This document shows positions 43,783 through 56,848 of a stretch of 64,000 nucleotides of DNA, in pieces. The notes below the pieces were generated by a model that saw only the letters and a program-made list of their open reading frames with translations, ran no database searches and was not told the DNA's origin. A program made the position numbers and the translations under genes. Numbering within the stretch: position 1 is the stretch's first letter; every line of letters starts with the position of its first letter. Source of the stretch: Octopus sinensis (taxonomy: Eukaryota); the NCBI RefSeq assembly GCF_006345805.1, contig NC_043008.1, positions 68,944,001 to 69,008,000 of the forward strand, given 5' to 3'.

Positions 43783-45760
43783 CATCTATCTGTACACCAC
43801 CCCGCACATATGTATACATATACATGAAAATTTATTCATTTGATTCATTAATCTGTGTTCGCCAAAGAGATGATTCCTTGAATATCATACCTTTTCAGAC
43901 CACAGGCTGTGTGTCGCAGAGCGAAGACGAACCGCAAGTAAATAAGGAATATGCAAACCCGAATACCTTACCAGGTATTTTTTTTGATATGATCCAACAG
44001 TATCACCTTAAGCTGCCGCCATAAATATAACAACTACTTAAGGTGTGTCGACACTTAAACCTCTGTTATCACTGCCGAACAGAGTTTATTTTCTTCTCAT
44101 CAATATGACACACATCGATTTATAGAAGTACCCACGTACACATATATGCACACGTTATCAATCCCCGCTCCCTGCCATACTACTTTAGATATACCTTTAC
44201 ACATACATACGTACACACATGCACACACATACGCACGCACATACACATACACACGCACGCACACAAACACATGTATATGGAATACGTAGATATGAAACAG
44301 AAATGCACACATAAAAATCTACACATACGCACGTACCTTAATTCACAGAAATTGCCGAAAAACCAGTGAAGTCTTAAAATCTATAGATTTGTGCATTAGT
44401 ATAAATAGATTACACAGTTGGGCTTTTAGTTGGATTGTGTGAAATATAAATATAATATTGAAAATATCGATAATCTAGAGATGTTGTGGAGAGCGAGAGA
44501 GAGAGAGAGAGAGATGCAGATGAAAAAGGAAAGAGAATGAGTGGTGCATATATAATGAAAGCGATAGATAAGGGAGAGGGAGAGGGTATAGGTGTATGCG
44601 TGTGTGTGAAAGAGAGAGTGGGAGAGAAAGATAGAGAGAATGAGAGAGAGAGTGAGAGAAAGATAGAGAGAGAGAGAAAGAAAGAAATATTCCTACTAAA
44701 TTTAGTAGTAACTAAAGTCTCAATAGAAATTTACAAATATTGAAAAATATGTCTGCCGTGAATTAAAGTCGAATTGAGTTTAGATGACATATTGATATTT
44801 GCATTCAGTTGACAGACCCTTTTGCTTTCCTTATCATATATCGACAGGGTTCTCACTCTCTCCCTCTATTAAAATTTATTTATTTATTCATTTATTGTAT
44901 ATTTATCTGTATATCCATTCTTCACAGCCCCCAAGTGAAATTTCTTCCTTACAAAGCAAAGCGCCATCAACTCGTCCACCACCAATTTTGACTTTGAAAA
45001 TTGACATTACTGATGCAGTGTAATGGCGATTATGTAATGTAGTAGTTAATATAAAACCATAAATTAAGTGTAAATGAGACAGTTATGAGCCGGACGAAAC
45101 CACTGCAACAATAGAATCTTCGTAGAGGTAATGAGAAACTGAAATTTAAAAGGGTTCTTTTGCTGGATTGAATTTGGTAAAATTATGGACCAGAATTTCT
45201 GAGCGTAAATACCCGATAAAAGATTCCATTGGAACAACAGTGTACCGTTGCTGTCAAAAATGAATCTTATTCGTCAAATAAGTTTTGTTTTAATATCTCA
45301 TTGATTTTTGCCCGAGTTACACACTGGAGAAGAACATATCGGCTGATTTTAATGATTTACATTAGGGTACTTTTCTATAAGTTACACGCTTCAATTTTGG
45401 TGGATCACTTTGGTAAAGCAATTTAATAATGGAGTTATAAGTGATCGTATGACCTGCTAGAAATAGCAGGCAAATCATGCCTAAATCATGCTGGAGAAAA
45501 CAAGAACAACAACAAAAACAACAAGCAAAAACAATACAAAAATACAAAATAAATAAAAACAAACAAACAAATGAAGGCAATAATTGGATGGTCACAGATG
45601 GAATGTTTTTCATTATAAGTCTGATGGATGAAAGCTGGCTCTGAGCTAAACAACCACAACAGGAACGATGACAAGAATCGCAACAACAATGACGACATCT
45701 ACAGCAACGAAAAAAAGACAACAGCAACAACAACTACGGTTGCAACAACATCAGAAGCAG

Positions 45761-45805
<45 letters not shown>

Positions 45806-46504
45806 AATGAATAATTTCGGGAAAACAGCAATCAAATTGACCGCTGAATCAGACAACGAGGCGTGCATTTGTTTCTTTTGTAGACAATTTATTTTCATTA
45901 ATCTGTTCTAAACAAAGTTTTCTATAAAAATTAAAGCTAAATACTATATTATTTAATGAGTGAAATAGAAAGAAAGATTTATTAAAAGAAAACATAGAAA
46001 AATGGAAACAAACCTAAATAAAAAAGCAAGAAAAACCTATAGAGTTAATTATTTTGCAAAATATAACAAACTTAGTTTACGTTACATTGTTAAAAGTTTA
46101 AAAAAATCTACCATTACAAAGATTTTACTTTGACATAATTTAATTTAACAATTTTTAAAAATGGTATTTTGTTACAATTATGGTGTAAGCCGTCTACAAA
46201 AATATATATCGTATTCAGTAAATCATATTAGAACAGTAATTTAATTGTTCTACAATATTAAAGTAAGTTATAATAAAGTAGACTCTCTGATTATGTCTAA
46301 ACGTCACTTCCTGTTTGCAACATCCACTAAACAAATGTGCACTTTAGAAGAAGAATTCCTTATTTAGAGCCTTGTTCTTAGAACCTACGGATTCAAACAT
46401 TATTAATGTAATATTACATAACGGAATTATCTCTCTTTGTCATAAACTGTTACATTTGTCAGAAGAAACATTCATGATCAAGAAATAAAAGGCCGAATCA
46501 AATA

Positions 46505-46574
<70 letters not shown>

Positions 46575-46621
46575 TATCCCCTATTATCTAATCTTTATCT
46601 ATCTATCTATCTATCTATCTA

Positions 46622-46663
<42 letters not shown>

Positions 46664-46679
46664 ATCTATATATATAAAT

Positions 46680-47993
46680 AGCTGTCAATAACCGTTAAAA
46701 GGAGGGCTGGGCATGCCGTGGTTGATGATGCGCAGACACGCGCTGAGACTGCGACATCTCCGGCTCTATGTAGACGACGGTGAACAGGTGTGGTTGCCGT
46801 TTGTGAGGCACGCATTCCCGCAACTCGTCTCCATGACCGAACTACAGTCGTGGATCAAAAAGAGGCCGAAGAAGGGCGAATGACACCGCGAGTGTCGCGT
46901 TGCTCTCAAGCAACTCTGCCGTCCCGGGTCGACCTTGAGTGACTTCAACACAACCAAAGCATTCTATAGGGGATTAATGGAGGGGAGGTACGACGACGAG
47001 CTCGGGGCAAACCTGGGCGTCGCCGAGGAATACCTGACCCGCCTGTTTCAAACGACTTTCGGCCCGGGACCTATGGATAACTTCCAGAGATCCCTGGCCT
47101 GGCGGTGCTACCGAGAAGCGCTACCCGTTCGGGATAAGCTCTATAGGCATGGCTCGAGAAACACGGGGCCGACCTGCCTGAGATGCGGTCAGAGCGACGA
47201 AACCGCTCTGCACGCAATCGTGCAGTGTCCAGCAATTTCCCACCTGTGGGCTTATGTCGAACGACTGCTGTCACGTGTGGGACGTGTCGGTTTATCCGCC
47301 GAGTCTATCGTTAATATCGTCACGCCTCCTTCCTTCAACGGGAAGGAAGAGCTATTTTTATCATACTTGTGTCTATGGCGAAAGAATGTATCTGGTGGAC
47401 GCGTCTGAAAGGATTAGAGACAAACACTTCCTCTCTGTTAATCTCTCATCAACTTCTTCAAGTATCACTTGAAGAAAAAAGTGAGAGTAGAGAGGCAAAT
47501 TTTGTCTAGTGAATGTTTTAAAAAAAGATGGGTGAATGTAGCAAGGATGGCACGTATGAATGACGAAGCCACCTTGACTATGATTCTATGAACCGTAAAA
47601 ATTAATACAGAGAGTTGCTTATTTGCAAAAAAAAAAAAGAAATATACATGTGACTTCATTGACCGAGGTTACCGTGGTCTTTTCCGTAGGCTTTTCTTCC
47701 ACGGGTAAACCTCACCTGTCCTCCCCTTTACACTTCATATTGACATTTCTCTGTGATAACGATCCCTATTGATCAATTTTTTTCCTCTCCCCCCTTTTTT
47801 TAACCCCCCCTTTTTTTGTCCTCTTTCTCTCCTTTTACGATCCCTTTTGATCGACCCCCCTTTTTTATTTTATTTTATTTTTTATTTTATTATTATTTTA
47901 TTATTTTTTTATTTTTTTTTTAACCTTCAAAGAAAAGCTCTACTTGTAATTTGTTCTATCTGTGTGCAGCCCTGTGTGGCTAATAAAGAAACA

Positions 47994-47994
<1 letters not shown>
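46680..47994 (+). mobile_element. 5'-truncated Tx1/L1-clade LINE (ORF2 C-terminus with CCHC knuckle plus 3' UTR)
   Basis: PLKGGLGMPWLMMRRHALRLRHL; ALPVRDKLYRHG..TCLRCGQSDETALHAIVQC; ends AATAAAGAAACAT followed by (ATCT)n; (ATCT)n also lies upstream. Confidence 0.85.
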
Positions 47995-48035
<41 letters not shown>

Positions 48036-49034
48036 CTATCTATCTATCTACTATCTATCTATCTATCTATCGTTGTTACTTATTTATTTGCAACACTGCA
48101 CACATACACGTGTACATAATTTTCTCAAGGAAAATGTAAACAACGACCTCGAGGTTTCATCTTATAAATCCGAATAATGACGGTTAGGGAGTCAAAATTT
48201 CGAAGTCACTATCAATCCTTCCCTCTTCAAAATTAAAGATGTTCAGTTATAGATCGATATTTCAATTTGGCGTTTTTATATATTCTTTGATGTGAAAAGA
48301 AAATATATATAAACACACACTTATATGTATGCATATATACAAATGTATATATACAAATGTATGCATATATACAAATATAGATACATACGTATGTGCGTGT
48401 GTGTGTGTTTGTGCGTGTACGTGTCTGTATGTATATGTGCAGACTGACACACCTACATGTCCAAATGGAAACTAATAGACCAAAGAATTTAAGTGTATTA
48501 CTGGTAATACCTCTGGCAATAATTACACAAAATTTGTTTAGTGAAATCCTTGTTTTTTATAGTTTAATAATTAAGTCGTACAAAATATTCTTTTAAGAAA
48601 TGGCAGAAATCCACATGAAATGCCGAAGACACTCCCACATAATTAAATTCACTATGATGTTTCATACAAGGTCCTTCAAGAAAAACATTGTAACGAAGTG
48701 TATTTATGTGCTTGTTCTTCCTACACCGGTTAAAAAAAAAATAAAAAACATACATACACACACACATGCACACACAAACATACATATAAAAACCCTTATG
48801 CATATATACATACATACATACATACATACATACATACATACATACATACATACATACATACATACATACACGCAGGTATGTATTCATACAAAGTATTGAT
48901 GTATAAACATCAAAAAAATATATCAACGGTAATTAAGAGCTCAGTTAATTGCAGGTCGTTAAACTCTGCTATGTTATTACATTGGCAGTAAATCTAAGAG
49001 GGATCGACTTGCAGATACATACATATATATATAC

Positions 49035-49101
<67 letters not shown>

Positions 49102-49750
49102 GTATGCATGCATATGTATATATGTATATGTTATATATGTATATATATATATATGTATGTATATGTTTGTATACATATGTCTATGTCTATATATATATGT
49201 ATACGCGTAATAGGCAACATAGCAAAAACAAATTTTACGTAGTTCATTTCTTTAATTATGCTCGACAGGTGTTTTATTAAGATAAACATTATTAAATGTT
49301 TTAACAATATTAATATGATGCATAATTAAATAATTAAATAATTAAAATTATTTTAAAAGCAGTCGTTACCAAAATCATCAGAAATTTTGTTGTGGAAATC
49401 AGAAAATCGTTAGCGGTTTATATATGTATATATGGTATATATACATATATACATACATACACACATATATATATATTTATATTTGTATATATATTTATGT
49501 CTATCTATCAATCTATATGCATGTATGTATACATATTTATATATGTATATATCTTTGTTCTCATGTTACAATACAAGCAATTTTATATTTGGTACACTAG
49601 AAATTTATTATTCTTTAGCAAGAATAGCATTGATTGTGATTTCGAAGTAGGTGGCTAAAACGTCGAAGCCACTATAAATAATATTCTTGTTAAAGAATAA
49701 CACACGCATACACACACAAACACACACACAAACACACACACTCACACACA

Positions 49751-49797
<47 letters not shown>

Positions 49798-50250
49798 CAT
49801 TCACACACGCATATAAATAAAGTATATTCCGTTAAGAACGTAGCAGAGTACAGTAATATAGCTCTTTCACCCTAAGAATTACCGAATAGCTGGAAGTATT
49901 ACGATATACTTCTAAGTCTAGACTTTGACACACGTAATGTGTGATAATGAAATTGCATAAGTTAGAGTCAACAGGAAGGAAGATGTATTCCTTCTTGTGA
50001 CTCTAACTCATTCAATATTTTTACACACGCACACACACATATATTATACATAAATATATCACAGGAGATTAGCAGATGGATGCATAACGAACACATAGAC
50101 TCTCACTAAATACCAGTCGTTTGCAATTTAGAGACAAACAGTGTATTAACATATAATAGCATGTTATTTAATATTAATATGAATAAAGCATTTTCAATAT
50201 TGCTTACATTAAGTAATAGAGAAAATCTAAGTTCATTTATTCACTTAATA

Positions 50251-50492
50251 TAGTGTTTCTCAACAGGGGTCCATAAGGCCCTTCGGGGTTCATACAAGAA
50301 TAATTCGTAAAACATCATGTGTAATACATTGATCATACATGAACAATAAACAAAATATTTTAATATTTTAATATAATTTCTCATAATAATCAGTTTTAAA
50401 AATATAATAGGATTTTTAAAACGCTGAATGGCTCACGAGAGTAATATAGGAATCAAAGGGATTCACAGACAAAAAATGCCTGAGAACCACTT
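50251..50492. mobile_element. hAT (Charlie/Buster-like) MITE
   Basis: TIRs TAGTGTTTCTCAAC / TGAGAACCACTT; 8-bp TSD ACTTAATA / ATTTAATA (one mismatch). Confidence 0.8.
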
Positions 50493-50689
50493 ATTTAATA
50501 CAAAAGAAAGAGTTTGCGGGTAAATCTGCATCTGATCTCATTAAGCGGCTCCGAACTTCTGAGAGAAAGAGAACCAGATCTCTTAAGATAAAGGCAGAAG
50601 CAACTAAGAAGAGTTCCAACCGCATCTAGTCACGGAAGAAGGGAAGTGAATTTCAAAAGATATACTTTGCAATACATTCAACTGGTGTC

Positions 50690-50935
50690 TTTGACTGACT
50701 GTTTATAACATTCAAACTACCATGGACCAGGGGTACCTTAACTATGCAACAAGGTTGCAATGTAGATAATAGCATAACGATGAGACCTGGGAGTCATGAA
50801 GCAGCAGTGGAATCTAGGGGTCATAACTTGGAAGCGGTCCGGCCCTCTTAGTGTGTGAGGAGTTAAGGGCAGGAACATTTGCATGAGGGGGTTCTTCTGC
50901 TGTTCAGCTCTCCTTACAGTCTCTTACCTCCACTG
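50690..50935 (-). mobile_element. Possible LINE 3' fragment
   Basis: NSSHTKRAGPLPSY..RFHC resembles CR1-like C-termini; weak. Confidence 0.3.
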
Positions 50936-51001
50936 ATCATATGATCTGGATTTCAAACCACTGCCATCTCTCCCTTTTACTTGAATCCATACTTTCTCTC
51001 C

Positions 51002-51030
<29 letters not shown>

Positions 51031-51032
<2 letters not shown>

Positions 51033-51219
51033 TCTTTACTACCCACAAGGTGCTAAACACAGAGGGGACAAACAAACGAATTAAGTCGATTACATCGACC
51101 CCAGTGCGTAACTGGTACTTAATTTATCGACCTCGGCGGAATTTGAACTCAGAACGTAATGGCAGACGAAATACGGCAACGCATTTCGCCCGGCGTGCTA
51201 ACGTTTGTGCCAGCTCGCC
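51031..51219 (-). mobile_element. OK-like SINE with an internal deletion
   Basis: Matches the 17.1-17.6 kb units. Confidence 0.85.
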
Positions 51220-51250
<31 letters not shown>

Positions 51251-51354
51251 TTCTTGATGTGTTTTTTCATGCTTTGTGTCTATCCAATTATGTAAGAGAG
51301 AGGGAGAGAAAGAGTGGGAAATAGAGAGAGAATGAAAGATAGATAGATAGATAA

Positions 51355-51435
<81 letters not shown>

Positions 51436-51436
51436 T

Positions 51437-51509
<73 letters not shown>

Positions 51510-51864
51510 ATGCAAAGAGGAAAAGTGTTCGACGTCACTCAGATATACCACCGCAATCATTCCTCTCCCTTGAACGCAAGTTCACATAATCTATATACCG
51601 TTATTCTCAGAAGAAATGAGAAAAGGAAAAGAAAGAATTTAAGAACAGCTTCAGTTCAACTTCCTACTTTTCTACATTACTTTTCTTGATAGACAGCAGA
51701 GAATAACTTCAGTGGGATTTGTCAAGTACTTCTCATAATAAAAGCTAAATAAATCTTCTCTGTGAGGTGCGAGTCATCGAGTCGTTTCATATTTGGTTTT
51801 AAGCGATATCTTCGTTTCTGAATATTATGCAAGCGTACATAGAGACAGCTAAAGTGGAAGTTGC

Positions 51865-52305
51865 CAGTGGTGGTCAGTACCTTTCTGGTTTTAATATCGG
51901 GCTGCGCATCTTATTGAGTGCCTGGTCCAGTATCTCAAACGTTGGTATTAGTTCAGGCATTGCAAAACCATTGTAAGATATAGTCTTGCAAAATGCAGAT
52001 AGCTCTGAGTTCCATAGTTTCCGGAGCCTACATAAGTAGTCTAACGGTATTCTTGCTTTAGTTACAGCATCAACGTATGCTATATTCTCATCGATTCCGA
52101 TGTACTTGTAGTTTATATCATTAAAGATAGAGGAGATAGAGGAGCCCGTTGATGTTCTCTGTCTTGTCACCAATCTTTCCTCGGTTGAGTAACATGTGTG
52201 AGCATTTATCTTGCCCCAACTACATTCTTATATCACGTAACAATGTTGGAGCTTGTTCTTTCTCTTGATGTTGATCATATTACCAGAAAACAACTTTAGG
52301 TCATC
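51865..52305 (-). mobile_element. R4/Dong-like LINE RT fragment
   Basis: FDDLKLF (about 52305-52285) followed by YKYIGIDE..LRKLWNSELSAFCK..NGFAMPELIPTF. Confidence 0.65.
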
Positions 52306-52513
52306 AAAGAAAAAAAAAAAATTCGCGAGTGATATTAATTTTATTCTTTTCTGTATATCCTAAAGTGTAGCCTTGGCATTTTATAAAGAGGGTTGACAAG
52401 GGGTTCTCTGTCAGTACAAACAACATTACAGATTATCTATCACACTATATATGCATGTATATATGTAAATATGTATGTATTTTATGTATGCATGTGGGTG
52501 TGTGTATATATAA

Positions 52514-52583
<70 letters not shown>

Positions 52584-52801
52584 TTCGTTCGTTTTACTGC
52601 TTTTCTTTCTACGAAATGAGAAGATACATTGCGGAACTGTTATTTTAACCAATTTTGTCTATTTATCACCCGATGACACACATCTGCACCGCCGGATGCT
52701 CCTGAACCAGTGTCCCACCTGTGAGGGATCGATGCTAGCTGTGTCAAAACAATGTGATTAATGATAAATTCTGATATATTCCATCTTCCATTTTTCATTT
52801 A

Positions 52802-52875
<74 letters not shown>

Positions 52876-52880
52876 ATACA

Positions 52881-53080
52881 TAGGGAAAGTTTACGAAAAT
52901 AAACAAAAGACGAAGGCAGGTGGCGTACAAACAAACAAATGTATTAGTATAGCGCTCAGGAATAGAAAAAGTCTTTTACGTTTCGAGCCTACGCTCTTTG
53001 ACAGAAAGATACACAGAAAAAACAAGGAGAGAAAAAAATGTGTGTAGTAGCTAACGATCTATCATGGCGTCTTGACTTCA
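52881..53080 (-). mobile_element. Short PLE-associated element between (TA)n tracts with an HHR-like motif
   Basis: Minus strand TCTTT-CTGTCAA-A-GAGC(gtag)GCTC-GAAAC-GTA-AAAGA: stems I and II, GAAAC and GTA are present but the core is non-canonical. Confidence 0.4.
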
Positions 53081-53088
53081 CACAGACA

Positions 53089-53130
<42 letters not shown>

Positions 53131-53186
53131 TATTAGAGACAAAACCACTATTTTGCAAAACAAACAAGGATTTATTCCCTAATATT

Positions 53187-53221
<35 letters not shown>

Positions 53222-54033
53222 AATATGCACACATATATGTACAGGTTAAAGTAGTGAGGAAAGGTAAGAAAGGCAGGACAAACGTATTTGATTTTATTTA
53301 CCTCAATCTAAAATATTCTTAGAATATTGCTACGTAACGAGTGGTACTATTTTTACCACTCCGTTATGTAGCAAAACTTTTTAGATTGAATTAAACGAAA
53401 TCAAATGTCTCTGCCCTGCCTTGACGAATTGCTTGCTTTTCATCACTAATTTAACCAATACCTAATGACTGAAAGGGGAGCCATCATTAGTCTTTTTTTA
53501 AACAAGAGAATCATGCAACCCCAACTTCAAATGCTGGTCTAACTGGAATTTTGATGGCACACCTATTTGAGCACTCAGAACGCATACCTATTAAGGTTGA
53601 GTCATCCTGGCGAAAACTCCTCATATCCTCTCTCTCTTTCCTTGTATAAGTATAGCACTCACGCATCCGAATACATATGAATACAAGTACATTATATGTG
53701 CCTATAGTTATACGCAATAAATATTTTCCCTCAAATAACAGATGAAAAAAAATTCAATAGACAATCATGAAAAATAAGAAAAAAAAATTCAAACAGAAAA
53801 GGACATTTAATGCTGCTATTCAAGTGTATAACTATTTAAGCATGACCATAACAGATATATGTGATGGAGGTCTGTGTTATATTTTGTTTTTCATTGTGGT
53901 AAGCGGGCCAGATTTTCTTTTATTCCGTTCTATTTGCATATATTCTATGTCTATCATTAGAAAAATAAAAAATGAATATTGTTTCGTATAAACAAACATT
54001 CGTTTAATCGCTTACAAACACAAACACACACAC

Positions 54034-54122
<89 letters not shown>

Positions 54123-54251
54123 CACACACACATACACCGACATACACATACGAACACACAAACACTCAATACAAGAATTGCCCTTCCCTCAGTCTCTTAC
54201 TGTCTATATCTCGGTCAATCAGATTCATTTCTCTGCATTCCCCTTATTTTT

Positions 54252-54394
<143 letters not shown>

Positions 54395-54396
54395 GT

Positions 54397-54432
<36 letters not shown>

Positions 54433-54706
54433 GTATCTGTCTGTCTGACTGTCTTTTGTCTGTTTATCTGACAGTGTCTCTGCATTTCTGTCTGGTTGTC
54501 TGTTTGTCTGTCTGATATTCTCTGATATATCATACACATACACACGTATACAATAGCAAATAGAATACGCATTTATCTGGATTAACATTCAAAACTGATC
54601 ACAGTATATATACCAAAACGCTAAGTCTGCTGTATGAAACGAGACACGCACAAACGTAAAATTAGACATACACACACACATGCACACTCAAATTTATAAG
54701 TATATA

Positions 54707-54867
54707 GGCATAGGAGTAGCTGTGTGGTAAATAGCTTGCTTACCAGCCACATGGTTCCGAGTCCAGTCCCACTGCGTGGTACCTTGGGCAAGTGTCTTCT
54801 ACTATAGCCTCGGGCGGACCAAGGCCATGTGAGTGGATTTGGTAGATGGAAACTGAAAGAAGGCCGT

Positions 54868-54869
<2 letters not shown>
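54707..54869 (+). mobile_element. SINE 5' half
   Basis: Head plus CORE-like ACCTTGGGCAAGTGTCTTCTACTATAGCC, ending in (TA)n. Confidence 0.8.
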
Positions 54870-54939
<70 letters not shown>

Positions 54940-54959
54940 AGAGTATTGTAGTTCGCTTG

Positions 54960-55445
54960 AAGCATTGTGTATTGTTTGTAAAGAATAAAAAATTTTGAAT
55001 GGTACAACGATGCACTATAATATCGGCAATGGGCTATTTACCTGTTGTAATTTAGTTATCCATAGTCTGATGTGATATTTCGGAATTGTATTCCTTCTTC
55101 CGATATTCTTAGATGGAGTCGCTGTTATAATCGGTCTTCTAGGAAGCTCTCGTGTTCAGATGTTCTTTGATGCGGACGTGTAACGGTCTTGCCGTTTTAC
55201 CCACATAGAACTTGCTGCATTCGTTACATTGTATTCTATACACAGCATTTACCCGTTGGCATAAATCTGTGTCACAGATGGGACAGTTTGTTAGTGTACA
55301 TTGATTGCTATCCCTTATTTGTTTTTTAGTGAGTTGTCCTCCCAGAGAGGGGCCGGAGTGGGCTAGTTGTATGTCTAGCCCTTCTCTCCGTATGGCTTTT
55401 CGGCTGGATCTAGTTATCCTCTTCTTTTACACATTTAGGAGCGTA
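54960..55445 (-). mobile_element. Fragment of a second PLE family (linker plus GIY-YIG endonuclease)
   Basis: Minus strand 55300-55141 reads CTLTNCPICDTDLCQRVNAVYRIQCNECSKFYVGKTARPLHVRIKEHL (VY-x11-YVG, R..EH). Confidence 0.85.
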
Positions 55446-55478
55446 TATAATATATATGTGTATATATATGTGTATATA

Positions 55479-55543
<65 letters not shown>

Positions 55544-55715
55544 TATATATATTATATATATATATATATATATTATATATTAATAAATATAAGGGTAGCA
55601 AACAAATTCTAGAAAAAATTATCCTCTACCGATGGCGGTGGATTTTGAAAATTTAGTGCATATAGACTGGAGGCCTCTTTGCCGTCGCCTCGTGGACATA
55701 TACTCGTCCTCGGGT

Positions 55716-55810
55716 TCTCTGCTGACGAGACACGCCAGTTGTAAATAAATTTAATTTAATTTAATTAATTTGTTTACCAAAGTTTGTCGAAACTATGCAT
55801 AGTCCAGAGA
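55716..55810 (+). ncRNA. Type I hammerhead ribozyme, copy 1 of the 459-bp array
   Basis: Stem I TCTCTG(55716-21)/CAGAGA(55805-10); core CTGACGA 55722-28; stem II GACA/TGTC closing a long AU-rich hairpin (GTAAATAAATT/AATTTGTTTAC); GAAA 55789-92; stem III palindrome ACTATGCATAGT 55792-803; GTC triplet, predicted cleavage after 55804. Confidence 0.88.
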
Positions 55811-56174
55811 TGAAAAAGGGTAAATGTTTTTATTTCTCTTTCAGTTTCAGAATTACAACTATTTAGCGGTTTGAGTTTGGCTGTTCTTTCTAATGAGTCG
55901 AATGGCCTATTAGGGCCATTCCTTATATTGTTGAATGTATATTATATAGTCTTTGACTATCTTTACTTTCTCACTAGACCGCTGGTAGCGGAGAATTTTT
56001 TTGCTACCCTTATATTTATTAATTAATGATTTTTTGGCTAAGTTTGAAATTAAATCAGCAGTTTATATTTGCTGCTGAGAAGACCGCGCGCTGGCAGTGG
56101 ATTTTGAAAATTTAGAGCATATAGACTGGAGGCTTCTTTGCCGTCGCCTCGTGGACATATACTCGTCCTCGGCT

Positions 56175-56269
56175 TCTCTGCTGACGAGACACGCCGGTTG
56201 TAAATAAATTTAATTTAATTTAATTAATTTGTTTACCAAAGTTTGTCGAAACTATGCATAGTCCAGAGA
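56175..56269 (+). ncRNA. Type I hammerhead ribozyme, copy 2 of the 459-bp array
   Basis: Same architecture 459 nt downstream: CTGACGA at 56181, GTC at 56261-63. Confidence 0.88.
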
Positions 56270-56633
56270 TGAAAAAGGGTAAATGTTTTTATTTCTCTTT
56301 CAGTTTCAGAATTACAACTATTTAGCGGTTTGAGTTTGGCTGTTCTTTCTAATGAGTCGAATGGCCTATTAGGGCCATTCCTTATATTGTTGAATGTATA
56401 TTATATAGTCTTTGACTATCTTTACTTTCTCACTAGACCGCTGGTAGCGGAGAATTTTTTTGCTACCCTTATATTTATTAATTAATGATTTTTTGGCTAA
56501 GTTTGAAATTAAATCAGCAGTTTATATTTGCTGCTGAGAAGACCGCGCGCTGGCAGTGGATTTTGAAAATTTAGAGCATATAGACTGGAGGCTTCTTTGC
56601 CGTCGCCTCGTGGACATATACTCGTCCTCGGCT

Positions 56634-56728
56634 TCTCTGCTGACGAGACACGCCGGTTGTAAATAAATTTAATTTAATTTAATTAATTTGTTTACCAAAG
56701 TTTGTCGAAACTATGCATAGTCCAGAGA
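56634..56728 (+). ncRNA. Type I hammerhead ribozyme, copy 3 of the 459-bp array
   Basis: CTGACGA at 56640, GTC at 56720-22; matches copy 2. Confidence 0.88.
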
Positions 56729-56848
56729 TGAAAAAGGGTAAATGTTTTTATTTCTCTTTCAGTTTCAGAATTACAACTATTTAGCGGTTTGAGTTTGGCT
56801 GCTCTTTCTAATGAGTCGAATGGCCTATTAGGGCCACTCCTTATATTG

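Noticed and set aside
43889-43964. Possible 76-nt exon (TTTTCAG..CCAG|GTATTT, TTGCVSQSEDEPQVNKEYANPNTLP)
   Set aside because: Plausible splice sites exist on both strands and the peptide is not recognised; it needs RNA-seq.
45078-45108. CAGT-TATGAG-CCGGAC-GAAAC-CACTG hammerhead-like string
   Set aside because: The core and cleavage triplet are incomplete; compatible with chance.
56128-56175. Pseudoknot-like GAGGC/GCCTC and GCCG/CGGC pairing upstream of the HHR, considered as an HDV-like ribozyme
   Set aside because: No room for P3/L3 and no catalytic C-A junction; one pairing is broken in copy 1.
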